Source: a virus
Taxonomy: Duplodnaviria; Heunggongvirae; Uroviricota; Caudoviricetes
DNA length: 23,946 bases
IMG/VR virus record: IMGVR_UViG_2617270941_000003
Coordinates: 1-23,946 of that record
Strand: one strand, 5' to 3'
In this document: one piece after another, positions 20,701 through 23,946 of the stretch
Position numbering within the stretch: position 1 is the stretch's first letter
How the letters are laid out: the number at the start of each line of letters is the position of its first letter
Made by a program: the position numbers and the translations under genes
The notes under the pieces: model-generated
Database searches by the model: none
Seen by the model: only the letters and a program-made list of their open reading frames with translations
What the model was told of the DNA's origin: nothing

Positions 20701-20891
20701 GCTATCACTGGGTGGCTGTCGTGGAAGCCTCGCAGGAACTCCTGGAACTTGGTCGACAGGAATATCGCCGGACGCTACGACAGATAAACGAAGCGCTGGA
20801 GACAAACAACTGGCCAGCACCGATTACCGAAAGTTATACCGACGAATTAAACGACTTTGATCTTCGTCGTCTTGAAGCACTGAGCATCTGA
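17799..20891 (+). CDS. recE: Exodeoxyribonuclease VIII (RecE-like), 1030 aa, with a divergent C-terminal PD-(D/E)XK nuclease domain
   Basis: The N-terminal ~600 aa ([44 protein letters not shown]...) follow K-12 RecE closely as recalled, including the CxxC...CPDC zinc ribbon. The C-terminal domain ([11 protein letters not shown]...RPDIEIR...ADVKSVS) is RecE/YqaJ-like but clearly different from K-12 and longer. Confidence 0.85.
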   Translation: MSTKPLFLLRKAKKSSGEPDVVLWASDDFESTCATLDYLIVKSGKKLSSYFKAVATNFPVVNDLPAEGEIDFTWSERYQLSKDSMTWELKPGAAPDNAHYQGNTNVNGEDMTEIEENMLLPISGQELPIRWLAQHGSEKPVTHVSRDGLQALHIARAEELPAVTALAVSHKTSLLDPLEIRDLHKLVRDTDKVFPNPGNSNLGLITAFFEAYLNADYTDRGLLTKEWMKGNRVSHITRTASGANAGGGNLTDRGEGFVHDLTSLARDVATGVLARSMDLDIYNLHPAHAKRIEEIIAENKPPFSVFRDKFITMPGGLDYSRAIVVASVKEAPIGIEVIPAHVTEYLNKVLTETDHANPDPEIVDIACGRSSAPMPQRLTEEEKQDDEEKPQPSCAMADEQATAETVEPDATEHHQDTQPLDAQSQVNSVDAKYQKLRAELHEARKNIPPKNPVDADKLLAAYRGEFVEGISDPNDPKWVKGIQTRDSVYQHQPKTEQNDRKSEQNGQNARQNEPEAQQEPEKVCAACGQTGGSNCPDCGAVMGDATYQETFDEENQVEAKENDPEEMEGAEHQHKENAGNHPHHDCSDETGEASAHVATEIMWPSYFEPGRYENLPSEVYHSANGISSTMLKDARISLMYYHGRHIARTIPNEESDALLRGRIIHSYVLETDKFADEYAIPVPVPEYVVTTSNELITIIKKHNASLPSLMTPEQMKEWIESYNSTLIQPLSVSAGAEETGILYGSLPEEFRRIPEGEKHKASAMKACIKEYNASLPPLLKTSGTREQLLEQIETVDPELAKKERAKSLPYNISGTKEQLTEIARKIRPKLVTLEDWQKRQQEENAGKTFISPDMYEQAKNIHAALQNNTDAARLLNHPDRKSEISYFGFDEETGLEIRVRPDIEIRLPYESICADVKSVSLGYVRQERLKDRLHREIIERDYHLSAAMYCDVANLDKFFWIFVNKDAGYHWVAVVEASQELLELGRQEYRRTLRQINEALETNNWPAPITESYTDELNDFDLRRLEALSI

Positions 20892-20902
20892 GGAAGGACA
20901 CA

Positions 20903-21955
20903 ATGAACGAATTAACTCAACAAGAAAATATTAACTCTAATGTTGCGGTTTTCAGCCCTCAGTCTCTGACTGCAATTCAGACGTTTTCTCAGGTAATGGC
21001 TTCCGGCATGGCTACTGTACCGGAACACCTCCGAGGAAATCCATCAGACTGCATGGCCATCACCATGCAGGCGATGCAGTGGCAAATGAACCCTTACGCA
21101 GTAGCTCAGAAAACTTTCGTTGTGAATGGTGTGCTCGGATATGAAGCGCAACTGGTTAATGCCGTAATCAGTACTCGTGGGCCGCTAACCGGGCGTATTG
21201 AATATGACTGGTTCGGGCCGTGGGAAAAAATTATCGGGAAATTTGAAATCAGGAAGAACGACAAAGGGAAAGAATATCGTGTACCTGGCTGGAAGCTGGC
21301 CGATGAAAACGGGATTGGAGTTCGCGTCCAGGCAACACTACGCGGAGAGAGCAAACCACGCGTACTGGAGTTACTTCTGGCGCAGGCCAGAACACGTAAC
21401 TCAACGTTATGGGCCGATGATCCTCGTCAGCAGCTTGCCTATCTGGCACTCAAACGCTGGGCGCGCCTTTATTGCCCTGAAGTGATTCTTGGAGTGTACA
21501 CCCGGGACGAACTGGACGAACCACAGGAAAAAATCATTAATCCGGTTCAGGAACATAAAAACACATCCGCCTGCCGTGCGGAACGTGAAACAACAATTAT
21601 TGAGCAGGATGCCGGGGAAAACTGGATCAGTGCTTTCCGTGAACGTATTGAGCAGGCACAAAGCACCGGAGAAACAACAGCACTTCGGCAGGAAGTGGAA
21701 GAGCATAAAAATACACTTGGCGCTCTCTATACGGAACTAAAAGGAAAAGTGGTTCAGCGTCATCACCGTCTCAATGCTATTGCCCGTATTGAGAAGATGA
21801 TAAATGACCTGCCTTCATCAGGTGATCCGGAAGCAGAACAAAAATTTACTGCTCTGGAAAATACGCTGAATACTGCACGACCACATCTGGGAGAATTATA
21901 TGAGGCGTATAAAACGACACTGACAGATATGAAACCAGAATATATCGAACCCTGA
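20903..21955 (+). CDS. Single-strand annealing protein, RecT/Red-beta-like partner of RecE (not the K-12 RecT sequence)
   Basis: 350-aa ORF 11 nt downstream of recE, in the position of recT. No Walker motifs, which argues against a Sak4/RecA-type protein. Family assignment by position and general character only. Confidence 0.55.
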   Translation: MNELTQQENINSNVAVFSPQSLTAIQTFSQVMASGMATVPEHLRGNPSDCMAITMQAMQWQMNPYAVAQKTFVVNGVLGYEAQLVNAVISTRGPLTGRIEYDWFGPWEKIIGKFEIRKNDKGKEYRVPGWKLADENGIGVRVQATLRGESKPRVLELLLAQARTRNSTLWADDPRQQLAYLALKRWARLYCPEVILGVYTRDELDEPQEKIINPVQEHKNTSACRAERETTIIEQDAGENWISAFRERIEQAQSTGETTALRQEVEEHKNTLGALYTELKGKVVQRHHRLNAIARIEKMINDLPSSGDPEAEQKFTALENTLNTARPHLGELYEAYKTTLTDMKPEYIEP

Positions 21956-22018
21956 TATTTACTATGGCGGTGTAGCCTCACCGCCATAACAAAAATTTAT
22001 TATATGAGAGAAAAGACA

Positions 22019-22213
22019 ATGCGGTATGAAAAAGTCAAACCATGTCTATTTTGTGGTTGTCCATCAGTAACGGTGAACGCCATTTCAGGATATTACCGAG
22101 CGAAGTGTAACGGATGCGAATCCCGAACCGGTTATGGTGGAAGTGAAAAAGAAGCACTCGAAAGATGGAATAAACGAACCACTGGAAATAATAATGGAGG
22201 TGTTCATGTATAA
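22019..22213 (+). CDS. ralR: Lar/RalR (restriction alleviation protein and type I toxin DNase)
   Basis: 64 aa from MRYEKVKPCLFCGCPSVTVNAISGYYRAKCNGCESRTGYGGSEKEALERWNKRTTGNNNGGVHV, near-identical to Rac Lar as recalled. Confidence 0.8.
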   Translation: MRYEKVKPCLFCGCPSVTVNAISGYYRAKCNGCESRTGYGGSEKEALERWNKRTTGNNNGGVHV

Positions 22214-22394
22214 AATTACCGCCACTATTGAAAAGGAAGGTGGCACTCCTACTAACTGGACAAGATATTCAAAATCTAAACTAACGAAATCAGAATGCGA
22301 AAAAATGCTCTCAGGTAAAAAAGAAGCAGGCGTTTCCAGAGAGCAGAAAGTAAAACTGATAAATTTTAATTGCGAGAAACTTCAGTCCTCGTGA
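22206..22394 (+). CDS. ydaC: YdaC-like small protein
   Basis: 62 aa from MYKITATIEKEGGTPTNWTRYSK..., with GGAGGTG Shine-Dalgarno. Its start overlaps the lar stop (ATGTATAA). An upstream in-frame ATG at 22194 is also possible. Confidence 0.6.
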   Translation: MYKITATIEKEGGTPTNWTRYSKSKLTKSECEKMLSGKKEAGVSREQKVKLINFNCEKLQSS

Positions 22395-22493
22395 ATTGCA
22401 TTGTATTCAAATTAAAACTTCATAGCTGATTATTAATAATCAACATCGGGCGTCAATTTCAGTCTAACATTGGCGCCTGCCAGAGGTGATGCG

Positions 22494-22709
22494 ATGGCAC
22501 AAGTAATCTTTAATGAAGAGTGGATGGTTGAATACGGCCTGATGCTTCGCACTGGTCTGGGGGCCAGACAAATTGAAGCATACCGCCAGAACTGTTGGGT
22601 GGAGGGCTTCCACTTCAAACGAGTATCTCCTTTAGGTAAGCCAGACAGCAAACGAGGGATTATCTGGTACAACTATCCAAAGATAAATCAGTTTATCAAA
22701 GACTCATGA
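22494..22709 (+). CDS. xisR: Excisionase-like protein (Rac XisR/YdaQ-like)
   Basis: 71 aa ([35 protein letters not shown]...) immediately upstream of the integrase with a 1-nt gap. Confidence 0.7.
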   Translation: MAQVIFNEEWMVEYGLMLRTGLGARQIEAYRQNCWVEGFHFKRVSPLGKPDSKRGIIWYNYPKINQFIKDS

Positions 22710-22710
22710 T

Positions 22711-23946
22711 ATGTCTAAATTACCAACAGGTGTCGAGATTAGAGGTAGAAACATTCGCATCTGGTTCATGTTTCGAGGAAAACGATGTCGGGAAACATTA
22801 AAAGGCTGGGAGATTACAAACAGTAATATTAAAAAGGCCGGAAATTTAAGAGCGCTGATAGTTCATGAAATAAACTCCGGTGAATTTGAGTATTTAAGAC
22901 GTTTTCCCCAGTCCAGCACTGGGGCAAAAATGGTGACAACGAGGATCATAAAAACGTTCGGGGAGCTTTGTGATATCTGGACAAAAATTAAAGAGACAGA
23001 GTTAACAACAAACACAATGAAGAAAACGAAATCACAATTAAAAACACTCAGAATAATAATTTGTGAGAGCACCCCAATATCACATATTCGTTATAGCGAT
23101 ATCTTAAACTATCGGAATGAACTGCTGCATGGAGAAACGCTTTACCTGGATAATCCAAGATCCAACAAAAAAGGAAGAACCGTGCGCACAGTTGATAACT
23201 ATATCGCCCTGCTCTGTTCGTTGTTACGTTTTGCATATCAGTCGGGATTTATATCAACCAAACCATTTGAAGGAGTAAAAAAATTACAGCGAAACAGAAT
23301 AAAGCCTGATCCGTTATCTAAAACAGAATTCAATGCATTAATGGAAAGTGAAAAAGGACAGAGCCAGAACTTGTGGAAATTTGCCGTTTACTCCGGGCTT
23401 CGTCACGGGGAACTGGCTGCTCTGGCGTGGGAGGATGTGGATTTCGAGAAGGGAATTGTGAATGTCAGAAGAAACCTGACGATACTTGATATGTTCGGTC
23501 CCCCAAAAACAAATGCCGGGATCCGGACGGTAACATTACTACAGCCAGCTCTTGAAGCACTGAAGGAGCAATACAAACTGACCGGGCATCATCGCAAAAG
23601 CGAAATCACTTTTTATCATCGGGAGTACGGCAGAACCGAAAAGCAAAAACTGCATTTTGTTTTCATGCCCAGGATGTGTAACGGAAAACAGAAACCTTAT
23701 TACTCGGTAAGCAGTTTGGGTGCGAGATGGAATGCAGCAGTAAAACGTGCTGGTATTCGCCGCCGTAATCCGTACCATACGCGACATACTTTTGCCTGCT
23801 GGCTGTTGACGGCAGGAGCGAACCCGGCATTTATAGCCAGCCAGATGGGGCATGAAACTGCGCAGATGGTGTATGAAATTTACGGTATGTGGATTGATGA
23901 CATGAACGACGAACAGGTAGCTATGTTGAATGCGCGGTTATCGTAG
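22711..23946 (+). CDS. intR: Tyrosine integrase, lambda Int family (Rac IntR-like)
   Basis: 411 aa. C-terminal catalytic region with R...HxxR...Y context (RHTFACWLL, GHETAQMVYEIYGMW). The N-terminus MSKLPTGVEIRGRNIRIWF is typical of Rac/e14-type integrases. Confidence 0.9.
   Translation: MSKLPTGVEIRGRNIRIWFMFRGKRCRETLKGWEITNSNIKKAGNLRALIVHEINSGEFEYLRRFPQSSTGAKMVTTRIIKTFGELCDIWTKIKETELTTNTMKKTKSQLKTLRIIICESTPISHIRYSDILNYRNELLHGETLYLDNPRSNKKGRTVRTVDNYIALLCSLLRFAYQSGFISTKPFEGVKKLQRNRIKPDPLSKTEFNALMESEKGQSQNLWKFAVYSGLRHGELAALAWEDVDFEKGIVNVRRNLTILDMFGPPKTNAGIRTVTLLQPALEALKEQYKLTGHHRKSEITFYHREYGRTEKQKLHFVFMPRMCNGKQKPYYSVSSLGARWNAAVKRAGIRRRNPYHTRHTFACWLLTAGANPAFIASQMGHETAQMVYEIYGMWIDDMNDEQVAMLNARLS

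Noticed and set aside
20903-21955. Calling the recE-adjacent gene K-12 recT
   Set aside because: The translation does not match the K-12 RecT sequence or length as I recall them, so it is annotated only as a RecT/Red-beta-like annealing protein by position.

Overview
The whole 23.9 kb window lies inside a Rac-like defective lambdoid prophage of an Escherichia/Shigella-type genome, in inverted orientation relative to the usual Rac map. Right to left it carries integrase and excisionase, Lar/RalR, a RecE-like exonuclease with a RecT-like annealing protein, RacC, YdaE, KilR, SieB, YdaF/YdaG-like small genes, a YdaU (O-like) and YdaV (DnaC-like) replication module, a nin/Q-like late regulatory block, a lysis cassette (holin, lambda-type R, Rz, Rz1), TrkG, and a 5'-truncated tail-fibre gene with its Tfa chaperone. 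The head and tail structural module is missing (TrkG abuts the tail-fibre remnant), and the racR-ydaS-ydaT immunity region appears to be absent. The most interesting feature is a roughly 5 kb AT-rich accessory island (about 7507-12765) between the replication and late-regulatory modules. It holds a tightly coupled three-gene operon encoding an adenosine-deaminase-like protein, a Ham1/ITPase-like pyrophosphatase and a SIR2-like protein, which I propose as a candidate undescribed nucleotide/NAD-targeting anti-phage (or counter-defence) system. The island also carries a divergent, apparently frameshifted TetR-like regulator, a YeaR-like (DUF1971) gene with a palindromic operator, and a 28-codon hydrophobic small ORF. 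All protein identifications come from reading the supplied translations and recalled family motifs; no database search was run, and comparisons to E. coli K-12 Rac are from memory.
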